DNA of 64,000 nt. Source: Octopus sinensis (lineage: Eukaryota). Under the pieces are notes generated by a model. It saw only the letters and a list, made by a program, of their open reading frames with translations, was not told the DNA's origin and did no database searches. Below, one piece after another: positions 10,300-22,047 of this stretch. The stretch's first letter is position 1, and each line of letters begins with the position of its first letter. The DNA lies in NCBI RefSeq assembly GCF_006345805.1, contig NW_021829832.1, positions 1 to 64,000 on the forward strand. The letters run 5' to 3'. The position numbers were made by a program, and so were the translations under genes.

Positions 10300-13200
10300 C
10301 CAATTTTGCTAATCATGGCCCACCAATGGTCCAAAGTGGAAGACATCGAAAGAACATTCGAGAACATTCTAGATAAGTCTTCAGCGAAACTTTGTACCCT
10401 AACTGGAGGAATGAGCGACATGGAGAGCCAAGTCCAGTTTTAATTAATTATGGCAGCTGGAAGTCCTCCGAGGATGCGATATTCTGATTTGTACAGTCCC
10501 CTCCTTATTTCGCCGATTGAAAGACAAATCAACCAATTTGGCCCGCTTTGCTTACTTGGTTGTAAAGGAGGCCGACCTCCTGTTGTCCACGTGGACTGAC
10601 GACATGGCCATGCTCATTTATTTGATTGGAGACTCGATGGTTCAAAAAATAGTGGTCTCCTCTCGCTGGAACTTCCATATATCACAATTCAAAGACTTTT
10701 GTCTCCCTTCTGCCCGAGTTGTAATCGATTCCGCGGTGGAGTACTCCGTGATGAAGTCCTTGAGTCATGTAGTGTCAGTCATCCCACTGTAGACTGTCCA
10801 AGTGACCCAGGACGACAGAGTTTCCCAACTGAGTTGCCTCTCCCGTACTCTCCGGTCACTCTGCCACCACAGAACTCCTCTTGTCCTCGTATTTGTGAAT
10901 AACATCTTCGATGATCTGAAATTTGTGGCGAATGTAGAGTTGGGGGTAATTTTTAAAGACATTGAGGCAGTTGGAGATTAATGTGCATGTATTATCTCCC
11001 CGGAGTGACCTCCCCTCTCACAACCCAGCCTCCCCGACCATACTGAGTGTCTTTGTCTGTAATATATAGTCAGTAATGGACGATGTCACTGCAAATGGGT
11101 TAGTCGGGCAGATCAGTGCTACTGATATTGTGCATTACGGTTGTACTGACTTTGCCCACTATGAGACTCGGTTTGGATTTATCAGTGCTCGGCTGGGAGT
11201 GTCGAAGGTAGTTTGGGCAATTATGGGTAGACTGTCTCGTCTCATGTTCTAATACACAACTCTCACTCTGGTTTGTATGCCCTTTGCAATTTCTTTGTGA
11301 ACTTGATGAGTCGTGCCCAGTTACCGATTCCTGACCCCCTCAGTAGTTTGGCTTTCAACAAGAAAGGAAGAACTGCTTGTAGGACATTTCTACAGTTTGG
11401 ATTTTGCCGGTTGAATCGACTTAAGTATTTCTTAGTTTGGGATTTCAATGTCCGGACAGTCATGGGGGCTCCCATTTTTTTGATTATTTCGATGACCCTG
11501 AGTGCGATGGTCTCCCGTCGTCGGGGGATATTCGAATGTTGGTGCTTTTCGTGGTCGATGCATCCCATTTCCGCTGTCGGATCATTTCCCACTCCGATTC
11601 CGGATCGTGCACAAAAACGTATGAGAAACAATCCAAGCAACTCAACATTGACATTCTTAAATACTTTTCTAACCAGCAACAGCAGATCAGGCCAGAACAC
11701 TTTCAAGTGGGTGATCGAGTGGCTGTTTTGAGGAGAGAGACATTCAAACGGCACACTCTTTTCAATATTCCCTAGTGCTGTGATAGACGAGTGTCGAGAC
11801 AATGACTTGGTCGTGACACTGCTGGACGAAGGGTCTTCTCACATAACTCAGAGGGAGAACATTTTTGTCCTACCGTCTGTCCTGTCCTCAATTCGGCCAC
11901 AGGTAGTGTCTGAGTGAGTGGAGTCAGGCCGTGGATGTGTATTTGAGTGGGATTGTTCCGTGCGATATGAATTCAGAGTGGAATACCCAAGTGAACAGTC
12001 ACGTGGAACAATTAGTCCAAGGAGAACAAGTCGTGGCCCACATTGAGTTGAGGTGACCACTCGTTGTAGACAGTAGAGCGGGGAATACCTTTTGGGTTAA
12101 CACTCTCATCAAGTGTTGTAAACTATCCATTTTGGATGTGCCTGTCATGCATTTTGACTTGGTTAATCACCTGATTGTAGAGAAGATGGGACAACCGAAT
12201 AAAGATGTATGCTTGGTTATTCATTATAGCACATACACACACTCACTGAACGACTCTACGGACACTCCATGTCCAGGTTATCCCCCGTTGCCATTGACTA
12301 GATCGGAAATTGGGAGGGAGTCGTTCGAAGGAACTATTTCGGTGGAGATTAGTCATGTTGAGAGTCCGTCATTGTTTTATGTGCATAAATGCGACTCGTT
12401 GGGGTTGTTCAGAGAAATGAATGGGGATTTATACCGTCAGTACTCCAAGTTTAAGCACTGTATCCACCCGAAGGAGGGGGATTACGTGATCACAATATTT
12501 CCGGAAAACAACGCAAGAAAAGATTATTGGTAAGTCTGTGATCTGATGGCAGTTTCCGACGTGGAATTGTGAAGGAGGTGGTCGGGGAATCACGATGTGA
12601 GGTCACGTGGGTAGATACGGGGGAGACTCCCACTGTAGTAGTGTCGGACATGTATATGATGCCCTCGGAATACTGCCGATTCAATGCCTTTGCTCACTAT
12701 TGCTGTCTCCTCCAAGGGGGACAGTGGTCTGCTCGGGCGAAGGAGGCATTCCAACGGTTGGTGGCGAGACCTGGGGACTATTCCGTGGAGTGTGGTGATG
12801 AAGGAGTGGTGAGACTGTTCTACCACTGTCCATTTCCTATCGACATATTGGAGGAGATGAAATTGATGGGATATTCACCAGATGGAGTAGATGTGGATGT
12901 AGTGTTGGGATATATTCTGTTTAGAGGACTGAAGAGATATGTATTGAGATGAAGGATGTGTTAAGACTAGTCAGTCCTGGAGGATTGGCAATATGGATTG
13001 CGGAGTCACTTCGCTTCATGGTTGAGTACTGGGGGACTGACGAAGAACTGTGGAATCTCTTGCTGGATTGTTTGAGAAGTCAAGTCATTGACGAGTCTTT
13101 TCTTTTTGAGTCCCGTCTAGTTTACATTCTCGAATTGGAATTGCAGGTTTTGTTGTTTGATTATTGTAGGGCTACGACAACATATCCTACTACCCCGACG

Positions 13201-14586
13201 GACTACTGGATGTCTGGGGTTATTTGGTAGACTATGAGAGGTTTGATGTTGTGGGGTGATTGTTAGTTTTTGTGTGCAGGCCATCTATTTGGAGGCCCAC
13301 TGTGTATTTATTCAACACTTGATGTATGTGGCCAATGAAGAAAGTCTGTTTTGTGTACGACTTAGTTGACGATTGTAGTGGACTAACCGTGTTTTAGAGA
13401 TATTGACTGGACTCCTCAAATATGTTTCCATTCCTCTGCAGGCAAATGACGAGAACATTGTGTCCTCGTCACTCACAAGTCTTCTGACACGAGATGCACT
13501 GACTGATCCTCAAGTTGTTCTCCCAATTCTTAAATGCTTCACTGTCACCCTCAGATATAAACCGTTAAATTGTTTTTACATTTCAGAGCTGCATTTCGTT
13601 TTGAATGCGAAGTGATGGCCATGTGTGGTATTTGTTATTTGTTGAGGGAGAGTGAAGACATTCAGGTAGTCCTCTCTTTCTTTACATCGCAGGTTTTGGA
13701 AGAGATACTCAATCTTTTTCAAGTCCTTATTCCTAATATGTCTAATCCATCCTGCCTCATCAAATATAAAATTGTGGAAAATTTGAAAAGGTTGTTTTTT
13801 CTTCTAATTATAGGCTATCATCATTTCCTGCCCCACTATCTACGACGAGTGAATCACTGCTGGGATTATTCTGCAAACAAGAGGATGAGTCAGTCATACA
13901 TGCAGTAGAGGCGGCTATCGAGCATGTGCCAGAGTTTTTCCTAGAAATGTGTAGTCATATTGTTACTTTCAAGTTTCCCCGTTGAGTTTGCTACCTCAAT
14001 GAAAGAGTTTTGGAGGAGGGTTAATATGGAGGGAAATGGAAAATGGTAAGATATTTATTAATCCCAGGCTACAACCCATGGTCACGTGGGCGGAGACAGA
14101 CTTCAAATTGTTTTTCGCAGTCCGTTTAATCAATGTTAAGGACGAGGGAGTGGTGGTAGTTGAGGACAGCCAATTATTGTTTCGGTATTGATACAAGTCG
14201 TAATTTGTAGAGGAAAGTCTGAGGGAGGGTTGTATGCGTTCTTTCTGCCATTGAAGGGTTCGGTGGTGTCCTCTTCTCGATACAGAATCTGTGTGAATGA
14301 AGTGCAGATTGTGTTGAGGAAGAAAGTGGCAGGGCGCTGGAAGTGTGTGTCCACTCGTAGTCGAGTATGTGCTCTTGTAATGTCCAGTTGAACTGGTTGG
14401 CTGTGGATCCCAAGAGGTTTGTGGATTCGGAATCAGAAGATGACGATTCTGACTTGGAAGATAACTATTTCTTCAGCAAACGTTTGCTTTGTCCCCTTAT
14501 TTGTAGCCCACATTACCCATCTGGATAGTAGTGTGGACGAATTGAGTGAGCCTGAGGATGTTTACAGTGTTGCGTCCTCCTTGTAA
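10300..14586 (+). CDS. TDRD12: TDRD12-like piRNA-pathway protein (degenerate helicase, CCCH-like finger, two extended Tudor domains, C-terminal CS domain); 5' end missing or truncated
   Basis: Spliced frame: PILLIMAHQW..RGCDILICT..AYLVVKEAD (DEAD-box position); CRTFLQFGFCRLN..CPDSH; Tudor LVLFVVDASHF..LLDEG; second Tudor (12300-12950); CS domain PMVTWAETD..LPLKGSV..VQIVLRK..WLAVDPKRFVDSESEDD. Confidence 0.8.
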
Positions 14587-14755
14587 TTATTAAAATTTTC
14601 TTTTCTTAAACATACCTGTTTTTATCTCATTTTTTCCAAAGGCTAAAAAATTAAACAAAGTTTTTTACATAATAAAACATTTAAAAATAATCCAAAGAAA
14701 ATTTTATTTTAAAAAAATTTTGACATTTTAAACAAACAGTCACAAAATCAAATGC

Positions 14756-17700
14756 TAATTAGTCTTGGGTTTGAGTGGTTTCTGAATGCAGTCGTTCCAA
14801 TGGTTTCCGTTGCAGCTTTGTGAATAAGTTTTTCTAATATATCCCAGCTTTTGTTTGGGTCTTTTACCGTTTCTGTTACTTTTAGGTTTTCGATGATTGC
14901 CTGGGAGTATTTTTCCTTGGTAACATCTGATGTAATCAGTTTTTCCACTGAGTATCTAATTCGGTTTGATTCATTTTCTTTTGAAAGAGGCGATCCAAAA
15001 ATTCTTTTCAGTCTCAATCGTGCCACAATGGCTTTGTGATCGCTCAGTGTAAGTGCCCCGCCATATGACCTGGCATCCAGCAATCGATGTTTTTCTTCTT
15101 GTCTACAGATGATATAATCGATTTGATTATAGATGTTGACGTACTCCCCATTTTTGTTTCTTCTAGTCCCGGTCCACGTGGTTTTATGACGTGCCGCATG
15201 AGGAAAGACCGTATTGCATAGCAGTAGCTTGAATATGCTGCAGAAGTTCACAAGCATTTCACCTGGTGCATTTCTTATCCCCCGTCCATGTCTGCCCATG
15301 AACACTTCTTCACCACGGCCTTTGCCTGCCTTAGCATTCCAATCACCGGCAATTAGTATAAGGAAGGATGTTTTTATACTCGTGTAGGTCTTTGATAGCA
15401 TGTGATAGAAAGAGTCTAGTTCATCCATGTTCTTCTTCAGTCTTCCACTTTGTGGGGCGTAGACATTTATAATGCTGATTATTCGATCCGTGTTGGTCAA
15501 AGTTTTTTGTCTCAGTTGTAGTACACATATGCGGTCGTTCACACGGTAGTATTTGTGAATTGAATTCCAAAAGGTCTTATGAATGCCAAACCCCTGCCCA
15601 TAATGACGTGATTCTGATGGAAGGAGAATGATTCGATACTCGTTGTGTATCTCATCTAGCCCGCCTTTGACCTTCGTTTCTTGAAAGCATCCGATAGTTG
15701 CACCATATGCATTCAGATCCCGGCATAGGATTTTTCGCTTGGATAGGTCAGATAGTCCTCTGACATTGAATGATAGCAAAGTAAAATCTCTTTGTAGCCT
15801 CATATGTGATTAAGACTTTGTGCAATAGAGTTGCGTCACTAACTCAACCATTGAATCCAAATGTTGCCGAAATGGCAACAAAACAAAAAGCCATCCAACT
15901 GAAAATTGAAAACACCAACGACAAGGAGGCAAAGGAAAAACTCAAAAGAGAACGTAGGAAAATATCGAGAACAATCAAGAAGGAAAATCTTAAATACGTG
16001 AAAGCTTTATTAAACTCTCGAATATCAGAAGTTGAAGACTTAAAGGATGGTGCGCAAATGTACGCAGCCATCAGACTACTACGCCGACGACAACAGAAAA
16101 CAAAACTGGTTGTGCACGATGAACATGGGAAAACAATTGGAAACCCAATCGAAATGGTAAATACAATCGCCGACCACTTCGAAATACTATTCAATGGCAG
16201 GGCCGATGCTCTCGATGAGGGTGAAGAACGTTATCTAAACAACAAAATAACACACCTTGAAGTTTTGAAGGCTATAAAAAAATTAAAAAACAACCGTGCG
16301 GCGGGTCCAGACAACATCAACGGTGAATTGATAAAGTACTCCCCAATGGAGATCTCAACTATAATCACAAATCTCCTGAACGAGATGTTCCATGGAAATA
16401 CCATACCGCCTATTGGGAAAGGAACGCTAATTCCTCTCCAAAAACCCAACAAGCCGCAAGGTCCTCTTAACAACATTCGCCCAATCATACTCTTGAACAC
16501 AATAAGGAAAATCTTCTCGCTCGTAACACTGGAACGTATTAAGGACCCTGTTAATGAATATCTGTCGGCTAGCCAAAGTGGATTCAGGCCTGGGCGATCA
16601 ACTGCAGATGTAGTATGGGGACATAGATGGATCTGTGCCATATCTCAGAAATTTAAAATGGCGACCACAATATTGGGCATTGATATGAGCAGGGCATTTG
16701 ATACAATCCGCAGAGACAAGCTAATGGAGATCCTCAAAACTATTCTTGACAATGACTCGATCAGAATGGTTCGAGCACTACTTATAGACACCGAGTTAAC
16801 GGTGAAGATCGGACCCGTACAATCAAGATCTTTCAAAACAAGCATTGGAACGCCCCAAGGTGATTCAATATCACCTGTACTATTCATTGTCTATCTTGAA
16901 GCGGCACTAAGAGATCTGAGAAAACTAGTGAAGACTACTTCAATAACTGAAGTGATATATGCCGACGATGTAGACTTTTTGTCTCATGATAAGTCGACAC
17001 TCGAAGAACTGCTGAACATTGCTCCCCAGGCACTGGAAAAATGGTTCTTAAAAGTGAACATAGAAAAAACCGAATATGTAACAATCAACCGGGAGGCAAA
17101 TAGAACAGACGAAAAATGGCGAAACTCGAAAAAAGTTGGAACTCTTTTAGGAGATAGTGAAGACATTATGAGGAGAAAGATGCTATCGACTGTTCACTTA
17201 ACAAACTGCGGACCACTTGGCTACGAAACCGCGAGGTTGGAACGGCCTTACGTGCCAAATTATACAATGCTTTTATTAAACCCATACTTTTGTACAACGG
17301 AGGAACATGGGGAATATCTGAGTCTGAATCAAAATCTCTTGATGCATTCCATAGAAGACAGTTAAGAATTCTTATTGGCATCAACTGGCCAAAGAAAATC
17401 AAGAACTCCACCCTATACAATATCTGCAACAGCAGACCCGTCAGTGTGGACATTACCGAAGCACGTTGGCGCCTATTGGGCCACATTCTAAGACTCGACC
17501 AGGATGTCTATGCTAACTGGGCAATGGAATCATATTACGCAAAGGACGAAAGATCTGCGTCCCGAGGACGCCCACGAAATACATTACCTATTGTAATCTC
17601 AAAAGAACTACAACGCGTTAAAAGACAACTGAAAAATGGAGACGACCTAGATACTCTCAGGAGTATAGCATACAACCGCACATCATGGAAAATTATGACC

Positions 17701-17800
17701 GAAAAGATAGTCTCATATGTGGCACATGTGGGAACTTAATTAGTTTAAATTACATTATGTTCCTATGACAGTGCTAATAATAATAATAATTAGTCTTGGG
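14756..17800. mobile_element. RTE-clade LINE with inverted 5' segment, (TAA)n tail and 14-bp TSD
   Basis: APE ORF on minus (14748-15803; SFNVRGL, QETK, IDYI, SDH). RT on plus (15806-17739; PQGDSISP, YADD; one frameshift at about 17200). TSD TAATTAGTCTTGGG at 14756-14769 and 17787-17800. Confidence 0.92.
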
Positions 17801-17825
17801 ACAAATTACTTAATACTTTGTAAAG

Positions 17826-19590
17826 TTTTTTTTTTTTTTTTACAAAATCAACAAATTTATACAAACAAGACAAAAATTACAGATAGCTAAGTTAGTTAAA
17901 GGCCTCACGAGACACCCGACCAGCCGCGCGAATGGCGAAGACGTTCCCTCGGATCACAGCAATCGACAGACGTTCCAGGAGCCAAGAAAACTCTCTTGGA
18001 TCGTGACTAGTCCTTGAAATCCGTCGACCGAGCGAGCGAAGGAAGCGGAGTGTCTTGGGACCGAAGATCCCGGAGGACTCCACGGCAATTGGAGTAAAGA
18101 GCAGCGAGTTGGACAGGTGGCCGTACTTGAGAATCTTTCGCTCCTCGGCCTGCCTGGAAGCGTGCCCAGGATTGGCGGCGGACAGCGCGAGATTTCCCAG
18201 CGAGAACGTGTCCGAGCAGGTAGAATCCCAAATAAGGGATTTCCCCTGCTCGTAGGGGAAGGTGGACATGCCGTCAGGGCGTTTGCCATCCCCTCTATCC
18301 AATCCAACAGGTTCAAGGATAGACGGGATGCCTGCTGAGGCGAGGGCTCTCTGTACGACTGAGTTGAGTTCACTGTGACGGGGGGCACGACCGGCACTCC
18401 GCCGGCAAGCGAGGGGATGCAAACCGTACTCGTCAACAGTTCCCCCACAACGGCATTTGTGCGACTGGCAGATTTTCAGCCCGACACGGAGGGAGATTGC
18501 AATTCTTAGGCATTCCTTGTCCAACAGGTTCCCGATGGAAGGGAGAGGGAGAGCCTTTAACCAGACACCGCTGCTTTCACAGCGACCTGCACGGAGGCAA
18601 GCGACACGGTGTTGATTGGAGACAGGAAGCAGGCCTTCGAAGATTGCCTGACAAGAGATTTCGTCCCATTGGCGCTGTACAGATTGAGAGTTGGGCAGCT
18701 ACGAACCAAACCGAGCCTCCCACCGACCACGGGCTGCAGAGTAAACTTCAGACAATTTCCGTTCGGGGAGGTTTCTAAGAACGATGTCTGAGAGAGTACG
18801 AGAAGCGTGATGAGCGGATAGGAATGCCGGGAGGGCAAGATCGGAATAGGATCTCAAGCCAAGGCCACCCCAGCGCACAGGCAGGGATGCCTGAGTCCAG
18901 CCTGGATCGTCGAAAGCCAGATTGCAAAGAGAGCTCGTACCGAGCCTGAGGATATTGTCAAGGTCGGAAAGAAGGTCGCCTCTTTGAAAGCAGGGTGCAC
19001 ATCTTAGGGTGTAAAGGATCTTAGGGACGGAGAAGTGGTTTCGGAGGAGGAAAAAAGCCACATGAGGCTCGATGACTTTAAGCTTGTCGATCATTTTGGA
19101 TAAGTGGGAAATTTTTCCAGCGAGTGAGCATTCGAGGGCAGAAGGCCCCATGGGGGCACCGAGAATCGTAAGATTTGATTTGTCCGTAATCCGGACGTCT
19201 GAGAGAATGCCTCGGCACGTGGAAATTGAAGCAGTGAAGTCACTCGGATTTAAGGCAATGTTCACGATTTCGGATTTATTGGCGTTTATAGATAGGCCGA
19301 TGTCCGAGAGGGAAGGGAGGATAGAACGAAGGTCGTCGAAAACAGCGTCGGGGGGACCGCAAATGGTTGCGTCATCCAGATACCATATGTTAACTGGGGA
19401 TCGAACAGAGTGAGCGATACTGTTAACGCCCAAGGCAAAAAGGACAGGACCCAGGGGATCTCCCTGTTGGACCCCGGTGGCCGAAGAGATGGGAACATCG
19501 TCGAACATGAGGATACTCGGAGAAGCGTATGAGAGATGTACAATGGGATAAGCGAACGGAACCAGTTCGCGACAGCACTCCAGCAGGTAA
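17826..19590 (-). mobile_element. CRE-like RLE retrotransposon A, 5'-truncated, poly(A) tail
   Basis: GVQQGDPLGP, WYLDD, LPVRWGGLG, CRCG..H..C, RPDG..WDSTC..ERKILKY; the T run at 17826-17841 is the poly(A). Confidence 0.9.
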
Positions 19591-20345
19591 AGTATCCGTT
19601 ATTCTCCAAAACTGCATTTAAGCGATTTTTATAATTGTTAACAAGCTTTTTACAAGTTTCAACAGGAATTTTATTCCATTCTTCAAAACAAAATGATTTT
19701 AATTCCGCGATATTTTTTGGATTATGCGCCCATACTTTGGCTTTTAATTCCTTCCAAAGGTTTTCACTCGGATTAAGATCTGGGGACTGACTTGGCCATT
19801 CAAGGGTATCAATCAAATGTTCTTCTAGCCATTTTTGAGTTTTTTTGGGGTGTGCTTTGGATCATTGTCTTTTGAAATGTCCAATTTCCTGCAATACCAC
19901 ATTTCTCAATTCACGAAAATAGATTTTTTTCCAAAATATCACAGTATTTAGAAGCATTCAATATTCCGTCAATCACATGAAGTTCTCCAATGCCCCAAGA
20001 AGAAAAACACCCCCATAGCATAATACTACCAACTCCATGTTTAACTGTTGATATGGTATTTTTTGGACGATATTCATCCTTCGATTTAAGCCACACGTAG
20101 CTTGTATAATTGTGTCCAAAAATTTCTATCTTTGTTTCATCCGACCAAATAAGATAGTCGTCGTCTTTAAGTAAAATTTTTTTGGCATATTTTATCCGTG
20201 CATGGACGTGTTTCTTAGTAAGCAGCGGAACTTTACGTGGACGACATTTATGGAACCCTTCTTTCCCTTCAGTCTATTATTTTTATAAATTGAGCAATTG
20301 TAAGTCTAGTGTAGCTTCCAACAGTAACAGTGCGACCCATGCTTG
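19590..20345 (-). mobile_element. Tc1-like DD34E transposase remnant
   Basis: RPRKVPLL..WSDETK; TVKHGVGSIMLWGCF; WPSQSPDLNPSENLW; frameshifted. Confidence 0.85.
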
Positions 20346-20399
20346 CTTTAAATTTTTTTTATTTTTTTCAATAAAAAAGAATTTTTTTAATTAATAAAG

Positions 20400-20529
20400 A
20401 GAATTTTCAAAAATTGTGGCAAATTTCAGAATTGGCAAATATCATTGAAAAGTAGAAAGAATCGATAAAAAATGGCGAATTTCAGAATTGGCAAATTTAA
20501 GAATTGCCAGATTCTAGAGAGTTTACTGT
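20400..20529 (-). mobile_element. Possible pogo/Tigger-like terminus with short internal repeats
   Basis: Minus strand TA|CAGTAAACTCTCTAGAATCTGG, followed by repeated AATTTCAGAATTGGCAAAT. No partner TIR found. Confidence 0.3.
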
Positions 20530-20699
20530 AAAATGTTATAGTCGGTATTAATTTATATATAACCAAATAAAACCAAATTAGTTTCGCCTTTGCAAGGTCA
20601 TTGCTTAAGAAGTCGGCAATTGTGGTTGTGGTCCTTGTTGGTCAGAATATTAACAATCCACATTGGTCAAAAACAACTCAAATAGTCAGTATATTTGTC

Positions 20700-21185
20700 A
20701 ACCTATCTTATCTTTTTCTTTCACTTTATTTCTCCATCTATCATTTCTTTTTCTTTCATTTTATTTGTCCTTCTATCTCTTCCATTTCTTTATTTCATTT
20801 CTTTCTGTCCATCTTTCTTTTCTATTTCTTTTTTATACCTTTCCATCTTTCTTTTCTATTTCTTTCTTACGATGGCTATTTGCTCTTCGTGCAAAACTAG
20901 CAACGATCGGAAGAAAGGTAGATACTGTTCTGGCTCCAACAGTTTCTTTCACCTTTCGTGTGTTCGACTTTCCAGGCGCGTTTCAGCTTCTCTCATAACC
21001 TGGAACTGCCCTGCTTGTCGTTCTTGCAGGCCGGTCCCGGCCAACAGTCCGCTGGAAATCCCTGCTGAAAGTCCATCTCCGTCAGCCGAAGATGCTTTAA
21101 GATTCATCTATTCTTCTCGCTGTAACCGCCAAATTCCGGCACGGATACCGAAGGCAGCGAGGATTCAAGCTGCTCTCTCTTTGTC
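20700..21185 (+). mobile_element. CRE-like element 5' fragment (pyrimidine-rich leader, PHD-like finger)
   Basis: MAICSSC..CSGSNSFFHLSCV..WNCPAC and RIPKAARIQAA, the N-terminal motif typical of CRE-like ORFs. Confidence 0.65.
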
Positions 21186-21189
21186 CATT

Positions 21190-21325
21190 TTTGAAAAAGG
21201 AACATTTATTTGAGAAATATCATCTATTTGGAATGATCTCAAAATAGAATACGCAAAAGGTCTTATTGATAGCATGCCAGGCCGTATACATGTAATTAGA
21301 GCTAATGGAGGACATACTAGATACT
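21190..21325 (+). mobile_element. Tc1-like transposase 3' remnant (second family)
   Basis: WNDLKIEYAKGLIDSMPGRIHVIRANGGHTRY*. Confidence 0.65.
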
Positions 21326-21851
21326 AAATAAATTTGTTCAGTTTTTTGGGTTCTGAATTATCAATGAATAAAAAATCGTATAAATATAATGTCACAGGCA
21401 TGGAAGGCCCCCAGGCTTAATGGGACCCTACCCTTATTAGATATTTCATACACTTAATAAATGAAATACCCAAAAGGGGAACACTTGCATACTTGCGTGG
21501 TGTCAAAATATTTCTAGATTAATAAAATTATAATCACATTAGTACTGCCTTAATTTCAGAAAAATAAATAGAATAATTATAAATCATATGATAAATATTT
21601 CAAATAAATGTCATTACAATTTACAAAGCCAATTAAATATAGTTAAAAACAAAATTATATTAAAATCCTTCAGAAACCTTTTTTTAATTTTATTTTTAAG
21701 GTAAAGTAACCAATGGTAAACCCATTTATAAAAATAAAATTGTCAATTTATAATGTACGAATTATGGAGATATTTCTGACATTTTCTTCGAAGATCTCTC
21801 AGTTGTTTCAGATTTTATAGAATTTCCACCACTTCGTAGATGTGGATGTTA

Positions 21852-21938
21852 CCTAACCCTAACCATAACCCTAACCCTAACAATAACCCTAACCAAGACC
21901 CTAACCCTAACCATAACCCTAACCAAGACCCTAACCCT
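21852..21938 (+). repeat. Degenerate (CCCTAA)n telomere-like tract
   Basis: About 14 hexamers: CCCTAA with CCATAA, CAATAA and CCAAGA variants. Confidence 0.8.
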
Positions 21939-22047
21939 ATATTTTAATTGTCGCATTGCATGTCATAATTTGATATCTTAATAATAAAATGGTATGGTGT
22001 GTGTCTGTCTGTCTGTCTGTGTGTGCACACCAACTTCAAATTGGCAA

